A stretch of DNA of 64,000 bases from the human T2T-CHM13v2.0 reference genome, Homo sapiens: assembly GCF_009914755.1 (NCBI RefSeq), contig NC_060933.1. One strand, 5' to 3'. Shown here piece by piece: positions 14,612-28,934 of the stretch; within the stretch, counting starts at the first letter, position 1, and each line of letters opens with the position of its first letter. A model generated the notes under the pieces. It had not been told where the DNA came from. It did not search any database and saw only the letters and a program-made list of their open reading frames with translations. A program made the translations under genes and the position numbers.

Positions 14612-16148
14612 TTAAGATGATGAGCTGCTTTACAGAGGGAATGTCACAACAGCTCCATTTCCATATGCCTTTACTTCCACCACCCCATGATCTGGAAACA
14701 CTTGGTCTGACCCTTAAAAATCATTCTAATGAGGCATATCTAGGATCTGTGTACTAGTGATGTCTAATTATAAAGTGGCCCAATAATGATTCTGAACATT
14801 GTTAAATCTGAGTCCCAGAGAACTTTGTTGTAAGTTTAAGTTGATTGCAGCGCAAAAATCTAGTAATAATCACTCACTTTAATTTCTATTATCCTGGTGG
14901 CCCTTAAAGGAGTTTCTCATTTAGGTAGAGAGATGTAACATCTATCTGTGTATAAATTTAAATTAAGGAATTCCCTTTTCTCGATTTTATACTTGTATAG
15001 ATTTGATGAATGCTTACTTCTTTTCCATTTGGTCTCTATAATCTCGGGGACTTTGCTTTATGTTTTGTATATAAGAAAAGGAAAAAAGGAGCAAGAGATA
15101 GCTTCCAGCTTGAGGTGGGAAGTTTCACAGCTTGGAGACCCACGGGAGACCTTTAGTCCTGCCCTGTTCCTTAAACAGGAATGGTATCTTTTTACTGACC
15201 CAGAAATGTCACATGGGACCCACAGTGAGAGCACGTAGCCACACCTTGCCAACCTTGTGACCACTCCTGCAAAAACATGTACATGCATACCGTATAGATA
15301 AGAAGTCGTTGGCATCAGCCTGCCTACCAAGGACCAACCCTTACAAAATCAGGCTGTTCTACTAAGTGAAACTGAAGTTGAATTCAATGCAATTTGAAAA
15401 TATTTTATTTACTTAAAGCCTAGAAGGCTGGTGTGTGAAGAAGAATCCAGGGACAGGAGATGGTAGTTAAATTTGTACATTTTTCTTTCTTGTTGCAATT
15501 TTATCTTTTCCGAGAAATTTAATGAAGACTCCAGAGAAAAGAATTAAATGTCTGCTGGTTCAATTACCAAATAATGAAAAGGTCGAAAGGAGCACCATGC
15601 ACTGTGTGCTGTGCTGCTAGATCAGCCTATTCTTAGAGTGAAATTCTTTTCCGTGCTGTTCACAGTCGCATTTTGCCACCCACAAACTGTACAGATGAGT
15701 GTTGGTGTGAGAAGCAAAAACCACGAGCTGGTACAGATCGTCCTCCACAAGGTGAAAGGGTCTTGGTCCCTGGGGAGCATCTCATGACACCCACGCAGGA
15801 GTGATGGGCAGAGTAGAGGCCATGGATTTCAGGAGGGACCAGTCTGTTGTTAAATCCACACTTTGAGAAGATTCTAATCATCCTTGGTGCCGAATACATT
15901 TTTAACCAGCCTGTTCTCAGGACCACATGCAGGGGAAGCCTCGGGAGCAAAACAGACTTGCGAGCGAGGATTTCAAGGGCTCCCAGCAGTCCCTGACAGC
16001 ATTTGGAAAGCCACCCCTGTCCCCAACCTGCCCCAGTTGTACATAGAAAAGAAAGATTACTGTAACACACACATCCTCTACAGACGCTAAAACCAAAGAT
16101 AAACTATGATGCTTTGGATTTCATTAGAACTTTGGTTTTAATGTTTTA

Positions 16149-16301
<153 letters not shown>

Positions 16302-16484
16302 CTAGAAATACTAGGTAAGGGAAGGGAAGAGGCAGTTAAGTATAGACTCCTTTCACCTCAGCACCATGGTGACAGTCTCCCTGCTCATGCTGGGACCACC
16401 CCAAACACCTTTTACCACCAAAACTGAAAGACTCAATGAGCAAGTCATCATATAGCTTCTTTTTCAGCTTTAAATCAAGTTCTC

Positions 16485-16918
16485 TTTTGGTTATATAAGA
16501 GAAAAGCCTCGTTTTTAGGAAATACACACTGAAATGCTTAATGATAAAGGGCTATGGCTATGATATATATAACTGACCCATAGAAAAAGCGTGTGTCTCT
16601 ATATCTCTGGACATATATGTATGTTTTCATATACATACATGTATATATGTTCATATACTTACATGTGTGTTCATATACATACACGTGTGCTCATGTGTTC
16701 ATATACATGTGTGTATTTTTCATATATACATTCATGTTCATATAAATGTGTGTATATGTTCATAAATGTGTGTGATCATATACATATCTGTATACACATT
16801 AATATTAATGTATGTTTGCATGTGGTGGGAAGACAAACTAGAACAAAAGATAAAGCAAACGGGGTGAAATGTAAACAATAGGTGAATCTAGGTAAAGGGA
16901 ATTTGAGTAGTCTTTGAG
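16485..16918 (+). mobile_element. L1MC/ME 3'UTR fragment with embedded (TA/TG/CA)-rich simple repeat (~16560-16820)
   Basis: tttttaggaaatacacactgaa...ataggtgaatctaggtaaaggg. Confidence 0.65.
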
Positions 16919-16919
16919 C

Positions 16920-17015
16920 TATTTTTATTTATTTATTTGCTTATTAGAGATAGGGATTTGCTATGCTGCTGACGCTGGAGTACAGTGGCTATTCACAGGC
17001 ACAGTCACAGTGTAC
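16920..17015 (-). mobile_element. FAM/FLAM Alu monomer fragment
   Basis: T-rich tail then gagatagggatttgctatg...gctggagtacagtggctattcacagg. Confidence 0.65.
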
Positions 17016-17569
17016 TTGCACCTGCTATGGCTGGAGACAGGATTATGGCTCAGAAAGGTGAGAATATCTCTAGCTAATTCCTTCCTCTTTTTCCTTAAAG
17101 TACTATATCCAAGGATATTAGATGTTTAAGGTTTTAAAAGTAACTAAAGTATCTCCAACCACTTTAAAATATATGAAAAACAAACTATATGAAGGAAAGA
17201 AAACTCCCAAATTATTTACGCCACTCTTTTATTTTATTTTTTGGTCTCTTGTATAAGATACAACAGGATCAATACCTTATTAAAAATCAAATCTCTTTGA
17301 ATATAGGAAGAGACCTTGATTATTACTGTTTCTCCTGTATTGCCCAACAACAGAAATGTAGAGTGCAATTGGGTAAAGATATGAATAAATGAATAAGCAG
17401 CACCTAAAACAAAGTCCTAAACAACCCCTCACCTTAAAAATTCATTTTAAAATCTACTAATATCTAAGCAGAGGCGTTGTTATCTATGAAGTTCTCTCTA
17501 CATATTTTTATCCTCCTCTTCTCTATTCTTTTTTAGACCTCTCTATCTAAAGCTTACTAGGGCCATTAG

Positions 17570-18545
17570 GACAGTGAAAATGTAAGGTACAAACTGGGAG
17601 AAGATATTTGCTACATACATAACTGACATAGGATTAATATCTAGAAAATAGAATTCGTTCCTACAAATAAATTAGAATTAGACAAACAATTCAAAAGAAA
17701 AATTGTCAAAAACCTGAATAGGCATTTTACTGAAGAGAAAGCACAAATGGCCAAAATACTTGCAAATATGTTCAAAGTCATAAGCAAGTGGAAAAAACAA
17801 AACCACAAAGATCCTGTCATAACCACTAGATTGGCAAAAATTTCAAAGTCTGACAATATCAAAGTGCTAACAAAGACATGGAACGATGGCACCCATATAC
17901 TGCGGGAGGGAATAAAAATTGGCACAGCCACTTTGGAAAACAATTTGGCATTATATAGCAAAGTCGAAGGTATGCACACCCTAGGATCCAACAATTCCAC
18001 TCCTGTGTATGCCTGAGAAACTTCAGCAAAGACGCAGTGGAGACTGTGTTCAAAAATATTCATAATAATACTTTTATAATGGAAGCCATCCAAAGTCTGC
18101 CAACAGGACTAACAACTTGAGGCATATCATATCACGAGACACTCTACAGCACTGAAAATGTGTAAACAACAGCCGTATGCATCAACAAATATGGCCCTCA
18201 GGAACACGATGTTGGGTGAAAAAAAAGCAAATTGCAGGAGAATGCATACATTATGAGCCCATTCATGGAAAGTTCATAAGTGATATGTTTTTAGGAATAG
18301 AAATATATGTGGTAAAAGTATAAAGAATAAGAGAACAATAAACAAAAATTCACAGTAGTGACTACCTCTGTTCAGGGCAAAAAAGTAATGCGATCAGGAC
18401 AAGGTACATGGGCCTTTAAAGAAAATGCTAATGGTCTATTTCTTAAAACAGGAAGTAGGCACACATTCATTGTATTGCTATTCTTTACACTATATATATT
18501 TACAAATATTGTTTGCCGTGTAGTCAATATTTAATAAAAATGACA
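17570..18545 (+). mobile_element. L1ME-type ORF2 end and 3'UTR
   Basis: aactgggagaagatatttgc...ggcacagccactttggaaaacaatttggca...aatatttaataaaaa. Confidence 0.85.
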
Positions 18546-19441
18546 TTTAAGAACTAGTAAAGAAACAAATAACTGAAAATATTTTCTTCAGGACTTGCTG
18601 GAAGCAGAAAAGAGAATACAACAACCTACCCATCCATTAGGCTCTGACAATCTTTCCCTCCAAACATGCCAGAGTTGTCTACTTGTCTCTTGGTTCCTGT
18701 TTGCTCACTTACGTCAAAACCAACCATCACTCAGAGGTACCAGTTGTCCGGGCCTGGAGGAGGGTTTCATGATGCTCATCTGAAGCAGCAGCCAAGCTTT
18801 TCTCTCTATCTGTCATCCTATCCCTCATTAAAATTCAGGCCTCCTCCAGGTATGAATGACAAGCACATTACCCTGTTCACACGGGTGCACACATAACCAA
18901 TTTCTGCAGTTTGATTGGGTTATTATTACATCCAAATATTACTGAAAGCCATTATTACCTGACTCTTGACTTTGATTTATTTTATAATATTTGTACACAT
19001 TTCAGAATGATAATAGAGCACTACATTTAAAACAAATCTTCTCCCTCTCCTCCAGTCAGAACCTGAAATCTTAAAAAGCTCCTCGAAACACAGACACCTG
19101 TCTCTTCCTCTTACTACAACCATGTAGCAACAGCCCCTTAAACCAAAAGCAAAATTTAAAGTGAATGGTGTAGCTATTGTCATTACAGCACTTAAAAAGA
19201 AAAAAATAAATCTAGCTGCAGTGAAACATTACTCCTCACCCAGATAATTAAAGAAAACATTCATGTCTCCCTTCCTCTGCCCCAGCACCATCTGCCACCC
19301 AGTGGATGGGAAGGGAGAAGGTTTTGCTACAATTTCAGTATCCTGACAATTAAAAAAATTAATTTTTTCATATCAATCACTACAGGGAAATCAGGCTTGA
19401 TTGGCAGTAACATTCCAATACAGCAAAAATTAGAAACTGGT

Positions 19442-19802
19442 TTTATTAGTCCATTTTCACACTGCTGATAAAGACATACCTAAGACTGCATAATTTATAA
19501 AGATAAAGAGGTTTAATGGACTCACAGTTCCATGTAGCTGGGGAGGCCTCACAATCATGGTGGAAGGCAAAAGGCATGTCTTACATGGTGGCAGACAAGA
19601 GAGAACGAGAGCCAAGCAAAAGGGGTTTCCCGTTATAAAATCATCAGCTCTTGTGAGACTTATTCACTACCATGAAACAGTATGGAGAAAACTGCTCCCA
19701 TGATTCAGTTATCTCCCACCGGGTCCCTCCTACAACACATGGCAATAAAGGGAACTACAATTCAAGATGAGATTGGGGTGGAGACATAGCCAAACCATAT
19801 CA
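19442..19802 (-). mobile_element. THE1 (MaLR) solo LTR
   Basis: tattagtccattttcacactgctgataaagacatacc...gccaaaccatatca; TSD ctggt (19437-19441 and 19803-19807). Confidence 0.95.
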
Positions 19803-19914
19803 CTGGTTAAATAAAATAAATTATTCTAAATGACCTACCTGGAAGACTCCATCACTGGGTACCCTGAGGTATACTAAAGACCCACTTGGTAATTGCCTTA
19901 AAAATACAACCACT

Positions 19915-20240
<326 letters not shown>

Positions 20241-20244
20241 TTAC

Positions 20245-20360
<116 letters not shown>

Positions 20361-20459
20361 CTAAAAGGAAAGAAGACAAAAAAAAAAAAAAAAAAGTGTG
20401 AAAACACAAACAAGGGCTTGGCTTACTGGCACAAAGCCAGCTTTGGGTGTTGAGGTCAG

Positions 20460-20660
20460 ACTTATTATAATAACACTAGCTTTGATGTTTCTAGTGGCGT
20501 TACCTTGGCAAGGTTATGAATCTTTGTGAGACTTGTTTTTCTCACATGTTAAATGGGGTTAATAACAAACACTCTTAGAATTGGATATAGAGATTAAATA
20601 ATATGAAAGTATGCAAAGCACTTGGCACATAATTGGTGTTTCACAAATTATTGCTATTAT
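20460..20660 (+). mobile_element. MIR
   Basis: accttggcaag...ttttctcacatgttaaatgggg...aaagcacttggcaca. Confidence 0.65.
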
Positions 20661-21545
20661 TATAGTTTCTTTGTAACATGGATTGCTTTGAGGATGCTTA
20701 GGGCCAAGAGAAGTAGTGTCACAAATGGGCTTGCTCCACCAATTCTATCAGCATGAACAAATGAAAACTGTGGCAAATAACTTTTGGAATGATATACCTA
20801 GGTTTAGAAATCACTGAAGATAGTCTTGAAAAATTCAAAAATGAAGGGTGCGCTTTTATACCAGGCCCTCTCCATAAAGCTGGGGAGGTTTCTATGGAGG
20901 GTAGGAGCAGATGAAGGTAGTGAAGTGACGAAATTTGTCTTCCACTCTCTGTGTTCAGACCTGGATCTTAGATCAAGAAAACCACCATTTACTGGCATAA
21001 AAAGGCCAACACTTAACCCTGCATGCAAGGGGTGGATGGTATGTGGTCAACCCCCCTCCGCAAGCACTGCTGGAGCTAAGGCCTGAATCTCAGCCTGATC
21101 ATTGAAATTTCAAGTTACTGTATTTCTGTCGCATTGATGCCTTTTAGTCTCAGCATCTTTTGGCACTAGCTTTGAACAAGACATTTTCCTTGGCTTTACC
21201 TCCTCACAATAACAATATGAATAGACAACATTATTATGCCGATGTAATAGGAAAAAAAATAAACCCTGAAAATCGGAGACATCGAACAATCACCTCAAGT
21301 TCAGCTGGCAATAAATAGGGAGGCTAAGAGTTGACTCTGAACATGTCTGCCTTCATGCTCATGTTTTGTATTATAATACATTGCTTGCTGACATTCATCT
21401 TCTATAAAACTGACATTTCAACACGGCAATACCAATTAGACAATGGTTGACAAGGAAACAAAGTAATATGTTTTGTTGGAAAATTTAGAAAAGTTAAAAA
21501 AATTATAGCAGGAAAAATTTGCCAAAAAACAAGAAATATTAAGGG

Positions 21546-21572
21546 GTGTGTGTGTGTGTGTGTGTGTGTGTG
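21546..21572. repeat. (GT)n microsatellite
   Basis: ~13 perfect GT units. Confidence 0.95.
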
Positions 21573-23489
21573 CGCATTTTAACTGCAATATCACACTGTG
21601 ATGACACAGATACTGTGCCATTATTCTAAGATAACATGCTGTTAGTAATGGGTTCACAGTGCTCACTTATATTAATCTAGAGCTGTGGCTGTATTCCATA
21701 CAGTTTCCTAGGGTTTGGGTAATTAGGAGCATTACCAATTTAAAATGTCATCCAGACTCCAAAATTGGCTATCAGGCTGTCTACACTTTTAGAAATTTTA
21801 GTATTCTCTTTTCCTCATCCTCCCCAGGAAATACATCATCTTCATGTGGCCATGGTCTGTTACAAGAACGCTCACAACTGCCATTTAAGAAATGGAGGCT
21901 GTTAAGTTGGAGAATGCAATCCATGGTCCCAAAGAAAAGAAAAATGTACTACATTCAGAAGAAACTTTCTAGAACTTTCTTCAATTAAAAGTACAACACC
22001 CTAGATTTCAAGTTCAGCCCAAGGTATGGATGCAAAGTTAAGAGACAATGGAAATTGCACCTGGATGCTCTGGGAACAGGTGCCCTGGAATGTGTAAATG
22101 AAGTTCTTTATCTAATTTATTAAAATGGCACGAAGCACATCTTAGAGCAGTGTTTTCCAGTTCTCGTGATGCTGCAGACTAAAAACTAAAGGAACATCTT
22201 ACCATTAGCAGAGAGATGGGGGAAAGGAAACAGGGAGAAAGAAAAAGAGACAGAGATGGGAGGGAGCCTTATGTGGTTAGGCTTTTGGAAAATTGGTCCA
22301 TTTGGTAAAAAGATACTTCAACAGACCCAGGCCATATCTAGAGAAGTAGTGACAAATCATAAGTTGAGAAAATTTTCTAAAAATGCAAGCCAAAGTAACT
22401 TTAATCATTTGGCTATTTCAAAACAGAGTTAGGCCTTGAAAAAGAATCCAATCCTTTGCTAGCACTGTCCAGATAAGTCCATCTGCTGCCCACTTATGTG
22501 GATATTAAAAAATCTTGACAAGTAAATTTTCAGTCATGCAATGGGAAGAGACAGTGAGGAGGTAGAGGGACATTTCCCCTTCTCTACATAAGCCATGCAA
22601 CTTTGGAAAACAAAGCCTTGGAGGACCAAGGATAAATTCTGTGTGAAAAAAAAAAAACTAATAGTCAAAGCAAATATTTAGGCTCTAATGGAAATACACC
22701 ACCTCAGCCCTTTCCACCTGTGGTTTCCAAGACTGTGGAAGAAGAAAAGTCATTAACATTATTCCATTATGCTTTCTTACATAGCACCTTAGGAAGCATT
22801 GGAGCTGCATCTAATTGTATTTATTTGTTCTTATAGAGATAATATTGAGCTCATTTCTTATTCTACCATTGGTAGATCATCACAGAAGTGGATATATTTC
22901 AGGAACTTGGCAGACATTAAGTTATACTTTCATGCTCTGGGAAAAAATATCTCCCCTCAGTCAGAGGCAAAATAGAGTAACTAAATATCCTTGTATATGT
23001 AGAGCAGTTTACAGTTTCCAAAGGATGTTTGCCTGACATTATCTATCAGATCCTCATGCCTCTCGGGAATACAGAGTACATATAGTTTTGTGCCCATTTT
23101 ATTGATAAGCTGAGGCTCAGAGATACTAAGTAGCCAGCCCAAGTAGGTAGCATTGGCAGAATTGGGATGAAAATCCAGTGTTTAGCTCTTTGCACCACTC
23201 TTGCTCTCTTTTTGTGCAGAAAAAAAAAAAAAAGAAATGAGTGGACTGTGAAGAGATGCATATCTGGCCATGTCACACTTCTAATAGTTCCACACATCTG
23301 GAGGAGAAGAAGGAGAAGGTCTCTCTGGTACGTTGTCCTTAGTCCTGAGCCATCCAGTAATGACTGACCTTTCTGGCCTCTTCTTTTGTACTTCTCTCCC
23401 TTCTTCCACACACACCCTGGGCCAGGAATCGTGTCCCTTTACTTCATTCTGTGCTCCCTCATGAGCAATTCTCTGTGGCAGTGGGAGCC

Positions 23490-23828
23490 ATTACCCCATA
23501 CCAAATGTTCACGCTCTCTCAGAATGCAGCTGCCAGGAAGCAGCTGCCTACCCAAGACTACATCTCTCCACCCCTTTGCATCTACATGCGTGGCCAGTGG
23601 AATGTGAGGCAAAATGATGAGTGTCACTTCTGGACCAAGGTGGTTAAAGTTCCAGCATACATTCCCTGCACTGAAGATGAAAACAGCCTGAATCTCTGGA
23701 TCACCACTTTGGGAAGAGCCACTCAGAACACACTGGACATGTCATGAGCAAGAAATAAATTTTATTATGATAAACAGCTGAGATTTGGGGATCATTTTAG
23801 TAGTAGTTGGCATCCATTGATCAATACA
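23490..23828 (+). mobile_element. Old MLT1 (I/J-like) LTR, followed by L2 3' end (~23830-24135)
   Basis: ggccagtggaatgtgaggc...gagcaagaaataaattttatt...ctgagatttgggg...aataca; L2 tail ataaatacttgttg. Confidence 0.65.
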
Positions 23829-24647
23829 TTTCCCCTAGATAACATTCCCTCCTCTCATTTTTCTACCTGGGAAACACCCTTCAAGACCTAGCTCAAATCT
23901 CATATCTCAGGGATGCCTGATTCCCCAGTCAGGGTAGGCTGGGCCCTCTGGGACCTTTGCATGTCACTCTCTAACAGCACTTATCACAGGATATGACAAG
24001 TAGTTCTTTACATGGTTGTCTTTCCTGCTTAGCCTGTGAGCTTACCAAAGACAGGAATCACATCACCTCTCAGAACCTAGTGAGCACAGTAGGAAATATA
24101 AAAACCATTAATAAATACTTGTTGCCTAAATGGCTGAATGGGATGGCCCAAGATAGCAGTCTTTTAATTCCAACATCACTTTGAAATATCTTTGGAAAAG
24201 GCCTATGACTTTTGTCTAACATTTGGACTCCGGGAATGCTCTTGCATCACAAGGCAGCACCCAAAGAGGTTGAGCTCAGGATGCCCTTGCCTTATTCAAG
24301 ATTCACAGCCTATGATGTTTCACTCAACCTTCCATGTCTTCTGCATTCGGGCCTCTTTCTTATTTCTTGGCCTCCAAGTCACCCCATGCATCTGACACTT
24401 TTCACTCTTGATCTTCATGATCTCTACTCTTCTTCCTTGACTATCACTGGAACACGATCACCCTTCTGACGAGCTGAGGTAGCCTTCTGCCAGGTCTTCC
24501 TGCCTGAACACAGGCCTTCTTAGAAGACTTTAGGCTCATTCCTGCCACAGGCCTTAGTACATACTGTTCCTTTTGCTTGCTATGCTCTCCATTACGCACC
24601 ATCTGCTTTCAGTCTGCGGTCATTTTCTTTCACCTACTCAGTGACTA

Positions 24648-25625
24648 TTGTGCTGGATATTTTCTATTTGCTTCTCCAGATCTATCCTCCACTCTTCTCA
24701 TCCTGGTCTTTGGCAGGAGCCTGATCTATACAGACTGTTACAATGGGCTTCCTTGCCACTGGATTCTAGTTGGGATACGTCAAGAGAAATGACAATAGGA
24801 GATCAGAGGGGGTGAGGACAGTGAGGTCAGATTATTTATTCTTTTGGCTCCCTTTCTTCTGTGTCTCCATGGATTGTGACTTTACTGAAGTCACAGTTCC
24901 TGTTGGACTCCCATGTCTTACAGCTCTGATATTATGTCACATTTCCAGTAAATACCTTTAGGTCCAGATAGAATAACAGGTCCACATTCTTGCTGGTAAC
25001 AGAGTGCTTCACTACCCCTTCTTTATTCTCCTAACTCTGCCTACATCTTTGTAAATAGTCATGTTATTTTTAACTCTCATAAAACACCCTGTGTGATGGT
25101 TAATACTGAGTGTGAACTTGCTTGAAGAATACAAAGTATTCATCCTGGGTGTGTTTGTGTGGGTGTTGCCAAAAGATATTAACATTTGAGTCAGTGGTCT
25201 GGTGAAGGTGGATTCACCCCTCATCTGGTAGGCACAATCTAATCAGCTTCCAGCAAATATAAAGTAGCCAGAAAAACTTGAAAAGGAGAGACTGGCCTAG
25301 CCCCCCAGCCTACGTCTTTCTCCTGTGCTGGATGCTTCCTGCCCTTGGATATCAGACTCCAAGTTCTTCAGTTTTGGGACTCAGACTGGCTCTCCTTGCC
25401 CCTCAGCTTGCAGAGAGCCTGTTGTGGGACCTTGTGATCATGTAAGTTAATACTTAATAAACTCCCTTTTAGATAGATAGATACATAGATAGATAGATGC
25501 ATAGATACATAGGTAGATTATATAGATATAGATATGGATATATTTCCAATTAGCTCTCTCCCTCTCAGAGGACCCTAATACACCCTGTCATGTGTGCTGT
25601 CTCTCTCCTGCAGGGACCCTGGCTG
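24648..25625 (+). mobile_element. LTR33-like ERVL LTR hosting an MLT2A insertion
   Basis: tgtgctggatattttctatttgcttctccagatc...ttccttgccactgg...ctgcagggaccctggctg. Confidence 0.6.
25092..25582 (+). mobile_element. MLT2A solo LTR with internal (GATA)n-like tract
   Basis: tgtgatggttaatactgagtg...gaccctaataca; TSD ccctg (25087-25091 and 25583-25587). Confidence 0.92.
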
Positions 25626-25704
25626 TTAAACCAACTCATCCTTAATGTCACAAACACCTCCATCTTTTAATCATCAGTGTAGGGAAAGTATGCTGGACCA
25701 TTAA

Positions 25705-26004
<300 letters not shown>

Positions 26005-26999
26005 TCACTTCCTCTTACATTCCATTGGCCATGCATGTAGGTGCAAGGAGGTGGGGAGATGTTGTCTTGGCTAAGTCACAAACATCTCCCCTGGTCTTTG
26101 CTGTCCTACCATGCTAGGTCCTCCTGTTGTATACTTTCTTATCAGCATCTCTTCATACTCTTTCTTCATAAATTCACCAGAATTATAATTTTTCATGTAA
26201 TGAGTGATTATTTGATTAATATCTGCTCTCTCTCCTGGATAGTAATCTTCATTAAAGGAGAGACCCCATCTGTTTCTCACTATTGAATCTGAATGTAGTA
26301 CAGGATCTTGTGCACAGTAGAGACACTCACTAAATCTTTATTGAACAAACTGAGGTATGAAAATATCCCTCACTACCACAAATAGAGGACAGATTCATGA
26401 TCCAGAAAATATGGTAAAAATCTGTTACCTTGCTGAGAAGCCACCTTATACCAGCATAAGTCCTCTCCAACCTAGTTAAATTAAGAATCTTTCAAAGGAT
26501 GACTTTCTTTTGACCTTGCCATATTCTCCCTATATTACCATCCAGTTACGTCTTGTGGACAATTACCTTCTAGAGAGGGAATTCATCCTCAGCTCCCTGT
26601 TGGATACACAGGCAGTGATGGTAGATATGGCTCTTTTTTGGCTTATACATAGTGGCACCCGAAAATAGTATGAAATCCCTGGCAGGACTAACTGGGAAAA
26701 GTCAACAACTGGTCCATGTAATCGTGGCCAAATGTCCTGGGAATTTATTGGTAAGAAAAGTTTTAAAAATATTAGAGAGAAAGAGTTATCGTTTTGCTTT
26801 CCGGATTATTTTAATTACATGTTCTTGTGGCTTCCTGGGCAAAGAAATCCTGCAAAGTACTTGGACAGGGCTTACATAGCTCCAAGTAGATTCAAAACTA
26901 TTCATTTGGATTTAGTAGGTTAAAATTAACAAGGAATATATAGATCCTTATGAAAGCATGAAACAAAATTACCCTTGAATAAAAGAGCAAAAATAAATA

Positions 27000-27360
27000 C
27001 AGTCATCTGTTGGTATACATGGGGAATTTGTTCCAGGAATCCCCTTGGATACCCAAATCCTTGGATGCTCAAGTCCCTTATATAAAATAGTGTGGTATTT
27101 GCATATGACATATGCACATCCTCCTGAATACCTTGAGTCTCTAGATTACTTATAAAGGGATACCTAGTGCAATGTAAGTGCTATGTAAATAGTTGTTGTA
27201 CTATATTGTTTAGGGAATAATGACAAGAAAAAAGTGTCCATACATGTTCAGTACAGACACAACCACCCATCTTTTTTCCAAGTATTTTTGTTCCACAGTT
27301 GGCTGTATCCATGACGTAGAACCCACAGAAACAGAGCACACGAATATGGAGGACCTATTG
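27000..27360. mobile_element. MER2 (TcMar-Tigger) non-autonomous DNA transposon
   Basis: ta|cagtcatctgttggtatacatgggg...ggatgctcaagtcccttatataaaat...ggacctattg|ta; TA target duplication. Confidence 0.85.
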
Positions 27361-27553
27361 TATCTACCACTTCTTGTATACTTATTATATGCTATGCCTG
27401 TTTAGTACTGTGTAGGCATTACCTTTTAAACTTGTGATAACAATTATTATTTTCTCCATTTTGTAGATAAGGAGGCTGAGAATCAGAGATGAGATTTTTT
27501 AAATTATCTAAGTTGAGTCCTAAACTATTAGCCACTCTCTCAACTTCAATTCT

Positions 27554-27965
27554 TTTTTTATTTTATTTTATTATTATTATACTTTAAGTTTTAGGGTACA
27601 TGTGCACAATGCGCAGGTTTGTTACATGTATATACATGTGCCATGTTGGTGTACTGCACCCATTAACTCGTCATTTAGCATTAGGTATATCTCCTAATGC
27701 TATCCCTCCCCCCTCCCCCCACCCCACAACAGTCCCCAGAGTGTGATGTCCCCCTTCCTGTGTCCATGTGTTCTCGTTGTTCAATTCCCACCTATGAGTG
27801 AGAACATGCAGTGTTTGGTTTTTTGTCCTTGCGATAGTTTGCTGAGAATGATGATTTCCAGTTTCATCCATGTCCCTACAAAGGACATGAACCCATCATT
27901 TTTTATGGCTGCATAGTATTCCATGGTGTATAGGTGCCACATTTTCTTAATCCAGTCTATCGTTG
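27554..27965 (-). mobile_element. L1PA (L1PA3-like) 5'-truncated 3' end, ~410 bp
   Basis: Primate L1 3'UTR with G-tract; GAG rather than ACA at the L1HS-Ta diagnostic site; 16-bp TSD tctcaacttcaattct (27538-27553 and 27966-27981). Confidence 0.93.
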
Positions 27966-28934
27966 TCTCAACTTCAATTCTAAATTATTATTTGTTCTAT
28001 TCAGACTAGAGTAATACTGGCCACATTTAGTCTTATTTTTCACTCCAGCTTTTTATAATTGTCTTCAAATATGAAGGTTTTGATTATCCCACAATTGGTT
28101 CCTCAAGTGACATCAGTTATCATTTACTAATTCTTCTTTATTTTTTGAGCACATCAGTGGCTGCTCTGAATTGCTATACCTGTTATTGTTGTATGCCTTA
28201 TATTCCTACGTTCTGTGTCCTACTTCCACAGCCATCACTCCTTCCTGCCCTCATTTTATTCCATCTTTAGTCAGCTCACTAGACAGCCCAAAACCACATG
28301 TGGCTCAGGCTCGTGCCCAGTATCATGTGCTTCATCATCACTGTTGGCTGCCACAGGTTGCCAACCCCCATAGACTGCATCCAGTATCCAGATCTTCCAA
28401 TATCCGAACTATGGACTGACAGGTTAACTGAGCAACTTCTGGGCAGTAACAGAAAGAGGAGGCTGCACAGACTTTTGCAGTGCATCGCATCTCCTACTCC
28501 AGCTTTTATCAGAGAAGAAAATGTCCAAAGCATCTCAAGGACTACAGAAGACATCCTCTTATGGCCTTTGCAGCTTGGACTTAAATCTTGTTCAGATACT
28601 TAGCACTTTCATTATGGCAGGAAAATTCTGCAGTGATAGCTCCTCCTAAGACAGAACTCTACATCTGCTGTGCAGTGAAACTTGCTTGCACCCAGAGGGT
28701 TGCCTGTATTTAAATAATGCAGAATTAATGCTTATGAGCACATTTTGCTTGGTCTTCTGGCAGAGGACAGAAAAACTTATTACCAACCTTTTAACCACCC
28801 TTCTACCAGTTCTGTAACTATTTTCCTCTCTAATTAGGGAATATTCAAAACATGTGATCATGCTTAGCTTATCTCCTCACAATTAACCCTGCTTTAGACC
28901 TGGGCATGATCACTCAGCTCTAGATCCTTAAACA

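Noticed and set aside
15660-16090. 136-aa minus ORF and 68-aa plus ORF in unique sequence
   Set aside because: No similarity to CARM1 exon 6 or any family I recognise, and no convincing splice pair.
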